64,000 nt of DNA from Cyanidioschyzon merolae (Eukaryota): NCBI GenBank assembly GCA_000091205.1, contig AP006483.2. One strand, 5' to 3'. The position numbers were made by a program, and so were the translations under genes. Below are positions 10,616 to 20,975 of this stretch, in pieces. Position 1 is the first letter of the stretch; every line of letters starts with the position of its first letter. The notes beneath the pieces are model-generated. The model saw only the letters and a list, made by a program, of their open reading frames with translations, made no database searches and was not told the origin of the DNA.

Positions 10616-10872
10616 TCAAGCCCAGCTTCCGTATGAGTTACATCGCATGGCGCGACAGTCAGGGAGCAGCAAAGCCTGATCATGGATTTATTTTTGCAGT
10701 ACGCTCCAAACCAAAGCCGCCGTCTATCCCCGTGGCATTTTCGGAACAATGCCGAAATGGCTCTCAAGGAACGCATCCCACAGGACAATCGATCCCCGAA
10801 TCCCGGCTGGCTGGGGCTCGCGGCAAGCCATCCATGCAGCGCTGAATCGCGCTGAAGCCCAAGGCCTCTCTG

Positions 10873-11200
10873 CCGATCCAGTTCGTACATGCACCATGCG
10901 TGTTACAACTTTAGCGGGAAATATGTAGTTGCGTGCGCGAAACCGCTTCCGCCGATCTAGTTCGTACATGCACCATGCGTGTTACAATTTTAGCGGGAAA
11001 TATGTAGTTGCGTGCGCGAAACCGCTTCCGCCGATCTAGTTCGTACATGCACCATGCGTGTTACAATTTTGGCGGGAAATATGTTGTTGCGTGCGCGAAA
11101 CCGCCTCCGCCGATCTAGTTCGTACATGCGCCATGCGTGTTACAATTTTAGCGGGAAATATGTTGTTGCGTGCGCGAAAGCGCTTCCGCCGATGTACGCG
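10873..11200. repeat. minisatellite, 79-bp unit x ~4.1 copies
   Basis: Unit 'ccgatctagttcgtacatgcaccatgcgtgttacaattttagcgggaaatatgtagttgcgtgcgcgaaaccgcttccg' starts at 10873, 10952, 11031 and 11110 (period exactly 79) with a few substitutions per copy. A partial fifth copy decays at ~11189. Confidence 0.9.
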
Positions 11201-11388
11201 CGTCGGTGCTGTGGCGACGATTGCGGCCCCGAAGCCAAGCGGCGCTCGCCGAACAACAACAACAAGCGCACCGCACCGCATTCGAGACGCGATCCCTCTA
11301 GCTTGCTAGCGCAGACCACGACGCTGGAAGAGGCGGCACGCTCGCAGCGAGCGACGGGCTCTCGGGCTGGCCTCTCACTACAGGCAGT

Positions 11389-12162
11389 ATGGGGCACAGC
11401 AGCAGAGTGCACTGGTACATTACGTACGGCGATCGAGTGCTGAATCCTTTGGATGACACCGGCTTCCCCGCCGATATCACCTTGAAACGCTTTGTTGAGC
11501 GACTTTACGCATGGACCGGCGTGCCACCGGCTCAGATGCGCGTAGTGCTACGTAGCAAAAACGGCCAAGAGCTGGTTCTGGACTCCGAAACTATCTCGTG
11601 TGCCGAAGCAGAGACGCTCACGTTGGCGTCTGTCGACTCGCGTCTCCCGGAGCCTGTGCACAGCGCAGAAGTGATCGCCACTGGGCTCGTAAACCCGACA
11701 GCGAGTACTGCTGCCTGCTGCAAAGACACTCATGATGGCTCAGACGACGAAGTTAGCTACGAAATTAGTGAAAGCACATACGCTACTCGTCTGGACACAT
11801 ACAGGGCCAAGAAGCAACAGCTGTGGGCGGCAGGTCGCAGCCAACTGGCCGTATCCCTGCGTCCCGGCTTGCGATGTAGTCTGCGAAACTCCAATCGCAA
11901 AGGCCACATTGCCTATGTGGGACCTGTTCCCGCACTGACGATCGCTGGTGATGACACTTGGATCGGCGTCATTCTCGATGAACCGAACGGAAAGAACGAT
12001 GGCACTGCACCAGACGGCACGCGCTACTTTGAATGCACTGCGAATCACGGGCTCTTTGTGCGTCCAGAACGAGTCCAAGTGTGCACAGACGACGCTGAGC
12101 ATCCAATCGACAGTGCGGCAACGACGAAAACGGATACAGACGGGATTCCTCTGGAAATCTAA
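11389..12162 (+). CDS. TBCB: tubulin-folding cofactor B (N-terminal ubiquitin-like domain + C-terminal CAP-Gly domain)
   Basis: 257 aa. The N-terminal Ubl-like segment is 'VHWYITYGDRVLNPLDDTGFPADITLKRFVERLYAWTGVPPAQMRVVLRS'. The C-terminal CAP-Gly is 'GHIAYVGPVPALTIAGDDTWIGVILDEPNGKNDGTAPDGTRYFECTANHGLFVRPERV' (GKNDG motif). The architecture matches TBCB/Alf1. Confidence 0.85.
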   Translation: MGHSSRVHWYITYGDRVLNPLDDTGFPADITLKRFVERLYAWTGVPPAQMRVVLRSKNGQELVLDSETISCAEAETLTLASVDSRLPEPVHSAEVIATGLVNPTASTAACCKDTHDGSDDEVSYEISESTYATRLDTYRAKKQQLWAAGRSQLAVSLRPGLRCSLRNSNRKGHIAYVGPVPALTIAGDDTWIGVILDEPNGKNDGTAPDGTRYFECTANHGLFVRPERVQVCTDDAEHPIDSAATTKTDTDGIPLEI

Positions 12163-15100
12163 CCGACGCCTTCGATGCAGAGAGTGTTGTTTGGAAAGCG
12201 GTCGGATACGTTTTCGGATAAAGTGGCTGGATATGATGGCGGCACTTTACAGACGCTTCGCCCGCGCGGCATCGATACGAGGTCCGGTACGACGGGTACG
12301 AAATGTTTTGACGGGAAAAATGGGGGCGCGCGCTGTCCCCGCTTCGCCGCATCCCTACCGGTACACACCACAGCGTTATACCTGTAGAAAGCTTCTCATA
12401 AATTGCTGTATTTCCTAGTAATGTATCCGTAGCAATTCGAGACACGACGCGACGCAAACGGATCGGATCGTTTCCGTACCGACAGGGTGTGTGCGCTGGG
12501 CGAAGCGCTCATGCGCGTCCATACGCTTTAATATCGAGGAGTCAAACTGTACGATCGTTCACCAATCGCTGAGGGAAACCGTTCCCATTATATATATCTC
12601 TATATTGATCTCGAGCCTTGTTGGATTGCTGAAGCGTAGGAAACTAGTGCGTGGCTCGGGGCGAGCATCCAATGCACTCGCTCTCTGCAGCTGATTTCTA
12701 TTTCATCGAAGTTCTTCCACGGTTTGGCTCAATGCTTCCGATAAGTCCCATGCGATACCATCGAGAGTTCGCTGGACACACCCGCGGATCGTTTCAGAAG
12801 TATGGCAAATTTCCCGGCGTTGATCAGGACGCTCAAGATCTGGTGCAGCATGCGTTTCCAGGCTCTTTTCCTGGTGGTATCACTTCAGAGCAAGCCTTTC
12901 ACCTGCGAATGTCTCGCCATTTAGCGTTCGGTCATCATATTGTAGTCCATTTCGTGCATCCATCTCTCTTGCACTCTCTGATTCTCTACCTGTTTTAGCA
13001 TGCGCTCGTGCTCGTAATGCATCTAGATCGTTCTGAAATTATCGATGCAAATCGTACGGAATCGATGCTTGCATCAGGTGTAGGCACTGGCCGACAGAGC
13101 AAAATGCAGGATTTGTATGCTACTGCATGTCCAGCGGCACGAGGTTAAACAAAATGACAGAACTTGCAGGCCGTTTTCCTGTATGACTCGGTAAAGAGGG
13201 CGGCGAATGCAGGTTTTGCGCCAATGTACGTCGAAAACCGTCGACAAACTAAAGCGATTTCTTGTACGCTCGCCAAAGAGCGTTCGCATCAGCCATATGG
13301 ACACTCATATACTCTCTGAATACAGCGCACAAAGCGCAACCTGCTGCTCGATGGGATGCTCGAAGCGTCGAGATGGGTCCTGATGCCCTCGCTCCACTCG
13401 CTGGTGCGCCTCGTGGTGTCGCTCATGTCCGACTCTCGATGATACCGACACCTGGAAATATTGAGAGGCTTCTTCTGTTTTCGAATCGAGTCATTGGCTG
13501 GTGCTCTTGATGAAGAGATATGGCGAACGTGTTGAGGTGCTTCAACCCGGGATCCACGCCCTTGGGAGAGTCCTCCGCTTCATCTTCCTCGCATGATTTT
13601 TATGGGGCTCGCTGCTCGACTCTGGCAATTTTTTCACAACATGCTTGCAAACGGATATTCCGATTGTCTCCATGGTCCGTGAAAGCCGCTTTTCATTTGC
13701 TCCCCGTAACCGAGAACGCTCGAATGAGCTCCGCAAATGCGCTTCGCAACGATGCCCAATGCTGTTTCAATGCTCGCAGGGACCAGCCGTTCCTCACTGC
13801 GCAGGCCATGAACGATTCTATACGATTGCCTACGGTCATATCACGGTCCCTGATAGGACCCATAGAGACCAGATGACTAGGCGCTTGACGAGGCTGGAGC
13901 GCTCGGGTACCGATGTGGGCGTCTGCTCTGCTCCAGAGCGCTCTCTTCAGGAAATCTTTCTCGTCCAAAACGCAAGCACAGCAGATTCCAAAATTCCTTT
14001 GTCCTTTGAATGCAAAGCGCATTGGTCCGCATTCGAGAATACCACGGTGAATGTAGACGAACTGAGGAGGCACTCGATCTCACTGCGACTCCTCGTCTGA
14101 ACTCGCTACCACCTCGATCTCTTCCGCCTTTAGCTCATCATTTGCTTCCATCGCTACCCCAAGAATTTCGTCGATTCGTCCGCGAATTTCTGCGCCAATA
14201 CGATTGGGGTACAGCGCCCACGGGATGCCCCTAAGATACGCTCGAGACTGATCCGCGTATGCTTTTGGTTTACGATGACAGTTTCTTATTTTTGGTACCA
14301 GCGCTGTAGATGTTGCGATCGCCGGAGTGGTGCGGGCACGCGTCAGCTTGTTCAACGGAGCAGATATGCAAATCTCTGATCCTATGATGGATGCGCACCT
14401 CATCTTCTGTCCCGAGCATCAGCTATGTTTTCGCATGGGAATTCGATCGAAGTATTCCACAGACAGCTGGACAGCTTTCTGTCCTGCTCTAGGAACGCCT
14501 GTGAAGAGTTGGTCGACGAGATGCGTCAAGCCGAGAGCAGACGAGCGATACTCTCTCGAGTTAGACTCTATTCGATGCTCGCTGGTACGCTGCATCTATC
14601 AGAGTCGCGTCTGCGAACGACTCGTCAATTGGGCCTTGCGCGTAAAACTGGCGTTTGAACAACGTCCAGTACGCTCTCGACTCGATTGTACCGCAGATAA
14701 TAAGCTGGCAGGCAGACCAGCTCAATGCTAGTCCCAGATGCCTGCTGCTTGACCCCTGTTTTCTGGTGGAAAGCGACGTTTTCTATGATCAGGACAGAGT
14801 CATCTGGGAACGATGGGTCACGACTTGTGCTTCGACGACGGATGAGGTATTGAACGATCCTGCCCGTTCTGCGGTTTGCCGGTCACCACACGAATGCAAT
14901 GCGGTTTACGGCGGTAGCTGGTCCCCTTCTCGCTTGTGTTCCATTTTCGAATGACAGTTTGCCGCTCATGGAGAGCCCATATACAACTCTATTATCTCTC
15001 GCCGATGAAGCCCCATTGAATGAGACAAATACAGGGAGTTCCTGTGACAAGCGTTCGCGTTTCAGCACGAAATCGATGAAGCATTGGTCATCTTCAGATG

Positions 15101-15593
15101 GTCTCCCAGAGAAGCGCATTTTTTTCTTTATACACCTGTATCTCTGTATCCTGCATATATCCATGGTGCGGACGCTTCACAAGCTGTGCCCTCTCTGGAA
15201 GCATTTTTCAGATCATGTACGTAGTCGATTGGACTGATGAGTAGGTAGTGTTCCGATAGCGTTTAACATGTTCTTTTTTGGGCACACGACCATCCGAATA
15301 AGGTCTAGACAAATAGCAGTTCATCCATCTGCTGTTCGTTGAATGCCTAGCGTGCAGTAGCAAGGCCGGTTTTCCATAAGATATCATGCAAAGCGTAAAC
15401 GCATTCCGCAACCTTCTTCAATTTTCTGCACAGATTCCTATCGTTCACTACCAGCGGAAAAAGCCAACAAAAACAAATTGGCGTGCCTGTACAGGTATTC
15501 ACGAGATCGATGCGATGAGTATAATGCCGCCGTAGCGCGTGCCCTTGGTACCTAGGCGAACGCTGTCAGCGCCATCATGTTCCTGGATCCGCT

Positions 15594-16439
15594 TTAGAAC
15601 CAGTTCGCTTTGAGGCCACTTGGCCGGTCTCCATGAGGCTTCTCGTAGCGATTCGGCACGGCTTCGGGCAAACCAGCGACAAGCAAATGACCGACATCGC
15701 CCAACGCTAGACAACGCGGCACCGCAGTCGTTGGACTGCGAGTCTCGAATAGAACCGTCGTGACTGAGCTCGGCGCAAGCCAGAATGCATTCCAGAAGAG
15801 AGCCAGCGGCAGCTCCAGGAGATGTGCTAACCAGGTCAGTCCGAAACCGCCATGGCATACGACGACAACCGCAGCATCACGCCCAGCAGTGCCCTGTGCT
15901 CTGGCGACTGCCGCATCGACCTCAGTGAGCCGATAGACACCGTTCGGCTCACGCGTATAGCCATGCCGTGCAAGAAACGCATCGCTATTCATTACAAGCG
16001 CCTGAAAGTCGGACCTGATCTTATCGTCGAGTCCAGGAACGAGTTTCCATTGGCTCTCGTGGTCCGGTAGCGCTCCGGTCGTACTGCGACAGCGGCTACG
16101 CACCAAAGCAGCATCCATATCCCAGAGCGCCCGCCCGCCTTGCCCAGCAGCAGGCGCTGTGTCTGAGGCGCCCGCGTTCGAAGCACTCGCTCGCCAGGTC
16201 ACCAGTTCCTGGGTCCAGGTCTCGATCTGGAGAGGCAAGTCCAGTTCCCTTGCTATGTACCGAGCAGTCTCCTGAGCCCGACCCATCGGTGACGTGTACA
16301 CGCAGGCGATGAACGGTCGCCTTCGCACATGGGCGTGTCCGAGTCTGCGAGCGAGCGCTGCCGCCTGTAGTTTCCCATCAGCGGTGAGCGAGTCCGTCGC
16401 ATAGTCCGGGTCAGCGTGTCGCACTATGATCAGTCGCAT
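15594..16439 (-). CDS. histidine phosphatase superfamily protein (phosphoglycerate mutase-like, branch 1)
   Basis: 281 aa starting 'MRLIIVRHADPDY...LTADGKLQAAALARRLG', which is the RHG catalytic-His motif variant followed by the substrate-binding region typical of PGAM-like phosphatases. No cofactor-dependent PGAM signature is present, so this is a family-level call only. Confidence 0.65.
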   Translation of the reverse strand: MRLIIVRHADPDYATDSLTADGKLQAAALARRLGHAHVRRRPFIACVYTSPMGRAQETARYIARELDLPLQIETWTQELVTWRASASNAGASDTAPAAGQGGRALWDMDAALVRSRCRSTTGALPDHESQWKLVPGLDDKIRSDFQALVMNSDAFLARHGYTREPNGVYRLTEVDAAVARAQGTAGRDAAVVVVCHGGFGLTWLAHLLELPLALFWNAFWLAPSSVTTVLFETRSPTTAVPRCLALGDVGHLLVAGLPEAVPNRYEKPHGDRPSGLKANWF

Positions 16440-18080
16440 CTGCTAAAGCGGAACGATAATGTCGTCTATGAGAGTGCCAGAAGCAATCGTCCACACAACG
16501 TGTCGACGAGGACGCGTTGGTGACGTGTTTCCCAGCCGGTGTTCGCCCGGCGAGTGCCCAGCGTCTCGAGTCGCCGCCCTGCCCACCGCGCACGGTAGAC
16601 GCTGAGGGAAACGGAAACCCGGTTTCCAGACCAGTTGTACTGACCTGGCAACGCGTGGGTGTGCGTGGAGGTGCTCGCGAGGCGACCAACCTACCGGACT
16701 AGGAGATCTACCCTCGACTGCCTTCCGCGGGGTATCGCTCCGGAGTTCGCTGGACAGCAACAGCGACCATTACGCCTATCTCGGACGACAACAGAACGGG
16801 TCTAGTTCGCTGACTCTTGCGTACACCTAGGCAGGTACAGGTTTCTTCCCAGTGCCATGAATAGCAGGAAATGGGGCCCTGTTCTGCGACTGCTTCATTT
16901 TCCTCTCTCGCATCGCCGGCATTGCATGCTCCGGCCTCCTTTTTCCCTATAGCTCTGGTTTCAATAGTCAAAGGATGCTGATAGCAGCGTTCAAGTCCCA
17001 ATGATGACGCATTTGATGCGCATGCGGAAGTTGCGATCTACGCTTCGCTTGCCAGTTTTATCATGGTAAACGGTCTTGATGCGTCCTTCACAGTGGTGAC
17101 ACTTGAGTGTGGTCGGGTGTTCGAATCTGCCGTCGATACCGCCTCCACCGGGAGCTGCCCTGTGGCGCGTGAATGCTCACGCCATCGTTTGGTACGTGCC
17201 GCTGACGAGTCTAGAAGTCTTCCCGAGGCCATCCTCTGATATAACGCCCGGTACCGTACCCTACGATCAGGGTCGTCTTCGGGTGATGCCCTCCACGAGC
17301 ATGCTCTCTGCTGCACGCGCAGGTACACGCTGTTTCATGCGATAGAGGATTTGCGCAACTAGATGCTGTTCATGATGATACGAGTCCCGTATGGAATATC
17401 CAGGCTAGAGAACGAGTCGAGAGGTTTCCAACCAGCTGCGCTCCCTTTGTGCGAACCGGTGGTGCACGCTCCACTGCAGGCGATCGTTGCGACGATTCAG
17501 GTCTGTATCTAAGACCCTCGTATATGCCAACGGAAGAGACGAGCGCCTCTGAAAGCATATCTCGTGAAAGATTCGTATACGACGTAGAATTCTATTTCGT
17601 CACTGGTTCGATAGAAAGCAGGATTCTGCTCTCGAAAGGAATCGAATATTTTCCGTGAGAAGTGCACTGAAGTTTCTGCGGGAGCCTGTGAACAAGTCGC
17701 CCAGGGACGATGTCGAGCTCTGTTCGTCATCAATCCAGAGGCGCGAGTTGCTGCGCGTACGAATTGCCTTGCACTCGAGAGATCGAAAATTTGAAGACAA
17801 GCGTGATGCCAGCATCCTGAACGCAAGGAAATGAGACTAGAACTGGTTTTCCCATTTGCGTTGGATCATGGTATGGATTATTTCACGAAACCTTGTTTGA
17901 GGGCGTCGCGAATCCTCTTTATTCCAGTAGGCTGACGCATTCCAGCGGCGAAGCGTCGAACAAGCCACATCGTAAAAAACCCCCAAATATCCTGAAACTA
18001 CCAATGAATCCGCAAGCCCTCATTGCTGCGGTTCCAGTGCAGCGGCCATTCATCTAAAAAATGAAGGAAGAATCACAATG

Positions 18081-18125
18081 CAGGAACAGCAGGAACAGCA
18101 GGAACAGCAGGAACAGCAGGAACAG
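18081..18125. repeat. (CAGGAA)7 hexanucleotide microsatellite
   Basis: caggaacag repeated, read directly. The in-frame ATG just upstream gives only a 27-codon ORF, so it is probably non-coding 3' flank of the minus-strand zinc-finger gene. Confidence 0.9.
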
Positions 18126-18226
18126 ATCCTTGTTCCAGATCAATCAGATGCATCATTTTAGCGCACCATTGACGAGACTCGAACTCGAAAGCGCATCCCA
18201 ACCAGGATATTTTCCAGACTGTGTGA

Positions 18227-18958
18227 TCATACGGCGTCCTGATTTGTCTCCTGAAGGCGGTGCAGTCTTCGAAGATGACGTTTGGAGCGTGCATGATCCC
18301 ACATATCCCGTGCATTCAGCAGGACGACTTGCCGGCAGATCTGACACTGAAAGGTATCCCGCGAGCGCTTCTCGATGGCTGGGGGTAGCACGCTATGATC
18401 GCCGTCGGACTGCGCATCACTACAAGTCGCTCGACTGGTTGAGTGCAACTTCACGATGCGAGCAGTTTTGACTGTGAGCTGTGTCTCAGGGTCGTGCTGT
18501 TGGCGTCGATCGTCTGCACGGCACTGCGGAGCATCGCTCGCCTCGCCCGAGTCGCTCAACACGTCATTCGCTGGGTCGTACGAAGGTTTGGTACTCGAGT
18601 CCATGACAGCGTCTAGCGTAGCCGCATCTCTAGGTGCAACCTGGTAACGGCTGGCTTGCATTCGGGACAGACGGGCGAGTTGGTCTTCGGCGACGTCCTC
18701 CTCCTCTGGATCGGACTCGCTCGCCAACGAGTCGGGTCGATCTCCAGTAGACACCGTCGTCTCGGAGTCCTCGGACTCGCTGGTTGAAGTGAGCGCATCA
18801 TCACCGTACCAGGTGTTCCAGGCGATGCGTTTAATCATGGCGGGTCGGTGGCCTGTGCACGCTTCCCCCTGCAATTGAGACTCCCGAGAGCAGTACTCGA
18901 CGCGATCGCAAACTTTGGCTCTCTGGAACAGAGGATCCGCCACCAGCCGCCAACGCAA
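18227..18958 (-). CDS. acidic Ser/Asp-rich protein with C-terminal U1/matrin-type C2H2 zinc finger
   Basis: 243 aa. The C-terminus 'FQCQICRQVVLLNARDMWDHARSKRHLRRL' fits C-x2-C-x12-H-x5-H (U1-like/JAZ-type ZnF). The remainder is acidic low-complexity. The internal Met (MIKRIAWNTW...) is an alternative start. Confidence 0.5.
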   Translation of the reverse strand: MRWRLVADPLFQRAKVCDRVEYCSRESQLQGEACTGHRPAMIKRIAWNTWYGDDALTSTSESEDSETTVSTGDRPDSLASESDPEEEDVAEDQLARLSRMQASRYQVAPRDAATLDAVMDSSTKPSYDPANDVLSDSGEASDAPQCRADDRRQQHDPETQLTVKTARIVKLHSTSRATCSDAQSDGDHSVLPPAIEKRSRDTFQCQICRQVVLLNARDMWDHARSKRHLRRLHRLQETNQDAV

Positions 18959-19164
18959 GATCCTTACAAGGAAAGTAGCACCCTTTTGAAAAAAAGCGCT
19001 CTTTCACCAACCCCGAGCAGAGAACGGCACCGCTCTTCTGCAACGCCTCCTTTAATACAAAGGCGCACTGCTGGCCAACTGGTGTCTGTTCTCAAGGAAG
19101 AAACTCGGCAAGTTCGGGAATCGGTACCCTTGCCCACCAACCAATCAGATAAACACACCAGCAA

Positions 19165-20844
19165 GTGGTTCGAGTTTTCCGCTTTGACTCGTTGGAACGA
19201 AGCAACGCCTCCGAGCAAGTCGAGCGCAGTGGATGGTGGAGCTGTTGCGGCCCGAGCCAGCTCGAGATAGAATTCTTTATCCAAGCCGCGCTGAGCATCG
19301 TTTTTCACCCGCGGTGCCACTGGCTTCCACGGATGGTATCCCAGAAAGAGACGTCGCGTGCGGATGAGGTAACTATCACCATTCCAGTAGAGCCTGGTGA
19401 TGCCGAGGCCGGACGAGCGGCTGCTGTGTCGGCAGCTGCCGTGGGGCGCGCTCTCCAGACGGCCTTGCAGCGAAAGGCGTCTGCGGCGCCTCGACTGGCC
19501 CCGCGTGAGGTCTGGCTCTATGACCCTGGCTATACAAGCACGGCCTGCTGTCGCTCTGCAATCACTTTTATTGACGGTGAGAACGGTATTTTGGAGTATC
19601 GCGGGTTTCCAATTGAAGCGCTCGCAACGACCTGCGGCTTCTACACCGTAGCGTACATGCTGCTCGAGGGAACGTTTCCGGCGGACGCAAAGGTGCGCGC
19701 CCAGTTTGCCAAGAGCATTCAACCAGGTCTCGACCTCGACCCTGTTGTCGCAAACGTCGTAGAGAGCTTCCCGCAGGAGGCGCACCCGATGACGGTCTTT
19801 ATGGCTGCGACGGCTGCATTGAGTGCGAGTCGCCCGGCATGGAACCCCGCCCTCGTTCGAGGCGATGGCGGCAGTTTGCGGTTGGTGTATCGCACTCGCG
19901 CTGAACGTCAACGTATCGCACAGGAATGCATTTCGTCACTCACCAGTATCGCTGCAGCGGTTTTCCGTCACATGCGTGGTTGCCCTGTGCGCTTTCCGAA
20001 GAGCACACAGCACCTGCGGGAGCATCCTCTGGATGCCTTTGCCCCTGACGGGTTCGCGCGAGCCTTCCTGCACGCTGCTGACCCCGAAGGCACACTCTGG
20101 CCTGAGCAACGTCATGCATCGGCAGTTTTCGCCGAAACCCTGGATGTCATCTTTGTACTGCATGCAGATCATGAACTGAACTGCTCCACTGCAGCGATGC
20201 GTCACCTGACTTCAGCAGGTTCCGATGTCCTGACCTGTTTGGCAGCTGCGATCGGGGCACTCTATGGACCGTTGCATGGCGGCGCAAATGAGGCAGTTCT
20301 GAACATGCTGGAGGAGATCGGCAGCCCGGAGGCGGTGGAAGCCTTCGTCGCATCCGTGAAGCGTCAGGAACGGAAGCTCATGGGATTTGGTCATCGCGTT
20401 TATCGGAGCTATGATCCACGGGCAAAAATTTTGCGAACGCTAGCACAACAAGTGTTGCGGGAGGCGTCCACGGAAGGTCGTACTGCAAACGGACCGACGA
20501 CTGCGAACGGCGCATCAGACCCGCTGCTGATCATTGCTCAGACGCTGGAGAAGCGAGCACTGGAAGACCCCTACTTTACGGAACGGAAACTCTATCCTAA
20601 CGTTGACTTTTACTCAGGGGTTTTGTATCGCGCGATGGGTTTTCCGAGTGTTTTCTTTACAGTGCTGTTTGCCATTGCGCGCACTGTTGGCTGGCTTGCG
20701 CACTGGATGGAGATGCTCGAACGGGACGCAACGGATGCTGAACGCAAAATCGTACGCCCTCGACAGATCTATATCGGAAAGCGGCGACAACGCATCCCGC
20801 TTGAAGCGGTGGAGAAACGACCTGATCGCCGTTCGAGACTGTGA
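19165..20844 (+). CDS. citrate synthase with C-terminal PTS1-like tripeptide -SRL (candidate peroxisomal/glyoxysomal isoform)
   Basis: 559 aa. The citrate synthase signature 'GFGHRVYRSYDPRA' is present, along with the N-terminal-domain motif 'ITFIDGENGILEYRGFPIEAL'. The ORF ends ...RPDRRSRL*; S-R-L fits the PTS1 consensus [SAC][KRH][LM], and yeast peroxisomal Cit2 ends -SKL. The first ~56 aa are non-homologous; the in-frame Met at 19333 (MVSQKE..., 503 aa) is a likely alternative start. Confidence 0.9.
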   Translation: MVRVFRFDSLERSNASEQVERSGWWSCCGPSQLEIEFFIQAALSIVFHPRCHWLPRMVSQKETSRADEVTITIPVEPGDAEAGRAAAVSAAAVGRALQTALQRKASAAPRLAPREVWLYDPGYTSTACCRSAITFIDGENGILEYRGFPIEALATTCGFYTVAYMLLEGTFPADAKVRAQFAKSIQPGLDLDPVVANVVESFPQEAHPMTVFMAATAALSASRPAWNPALVRGDGGSLRLVYRTRAERQRIAQECISSLTSIAAAVFRHMRGCPVRFPKSTQHLREHPLDAFAPDGFARAFLHAADPEGTLWPEQRHASAVFAETLDVIFVLHADHELNCSTAAMRHLTSAGSDVLTCLAAAIGALYGPLHGGANEAVLNMLEEIGSPEAVEAFVASVKRQERKLMGFGHRVYRSYDPRAKILRTLAQQVLREASTEGRTANGPTTANGASDPLLIIAQTLEKRALEDPYFTERKLYPNVDFYSGVLYRAMGFPSVFFTVLFAIARTVGWLAHWMEMLERDATDAERKIVRPRQIYIGKRRQRIPLEAVEKRPDRRSRL

Positions 20845-20975
20845 ACCAGATATGAACTCATGATGAATGGTCGCACCTTGCGCATACGATGCCACAGAGC
20901 GACGATTTGATCGCCATACGCGACGATGAACCCGATATGAATTCATGATGAATGCTCGTATCCTACGCTTGCTCG
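20815..20975. repeat. tandem duplication, ~85-bp unit x2, spanning the citrate synthase stop codon
   Basis: Copy 1 runs ~20818-20902 (cgacctgatcgccgttcgagactgtgaaccagatatgaactcatgatgaatgg...). Copy 2 runs ~20903-20975 (cgacgatttgatcgccatacgcgacgatgaacccgatatgaattcatgatgaatgc...). The anchors 'tgatcgcc' and 'catgatgaatg' are each spaced 85 bp apart, and identity is ~80%. Confidence 0.7.

Noticed and set aside
10873-11200. Could the regular direct repeats (79, 89, 136 bp arrays) be CRISPR arrays?
   Set aside because: The units are directly abutting with no unique spacers, the periods are too long, and the surrounding genes are unmistakably eukaryotic (NASP, TBCB, capping enzyme, SPT3, LIN54). 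They are minisatellites.
17100-17130. tRNA-like 'ggtgttcgaatctgcc' T-loop motif
   Set aside because: The flanking bases do not form a T-stem (gggtg/ctgcc are not complementary). No acceptor or anticodon arms could be built on either strand. It looks like a chance occurrence of TTCGAAT.
18964-19911. 315-aa minus-strand ORF overlapping the 5' half of citrate synthase
   Set aside because: It is antisense to a gene with unambiguous conserved signatures. It is Arg/Ser-rich with no motif. Long antisense ORFs are expected by chance in ~58% GC coding DNA, where the stop-poor reverse frame is common.
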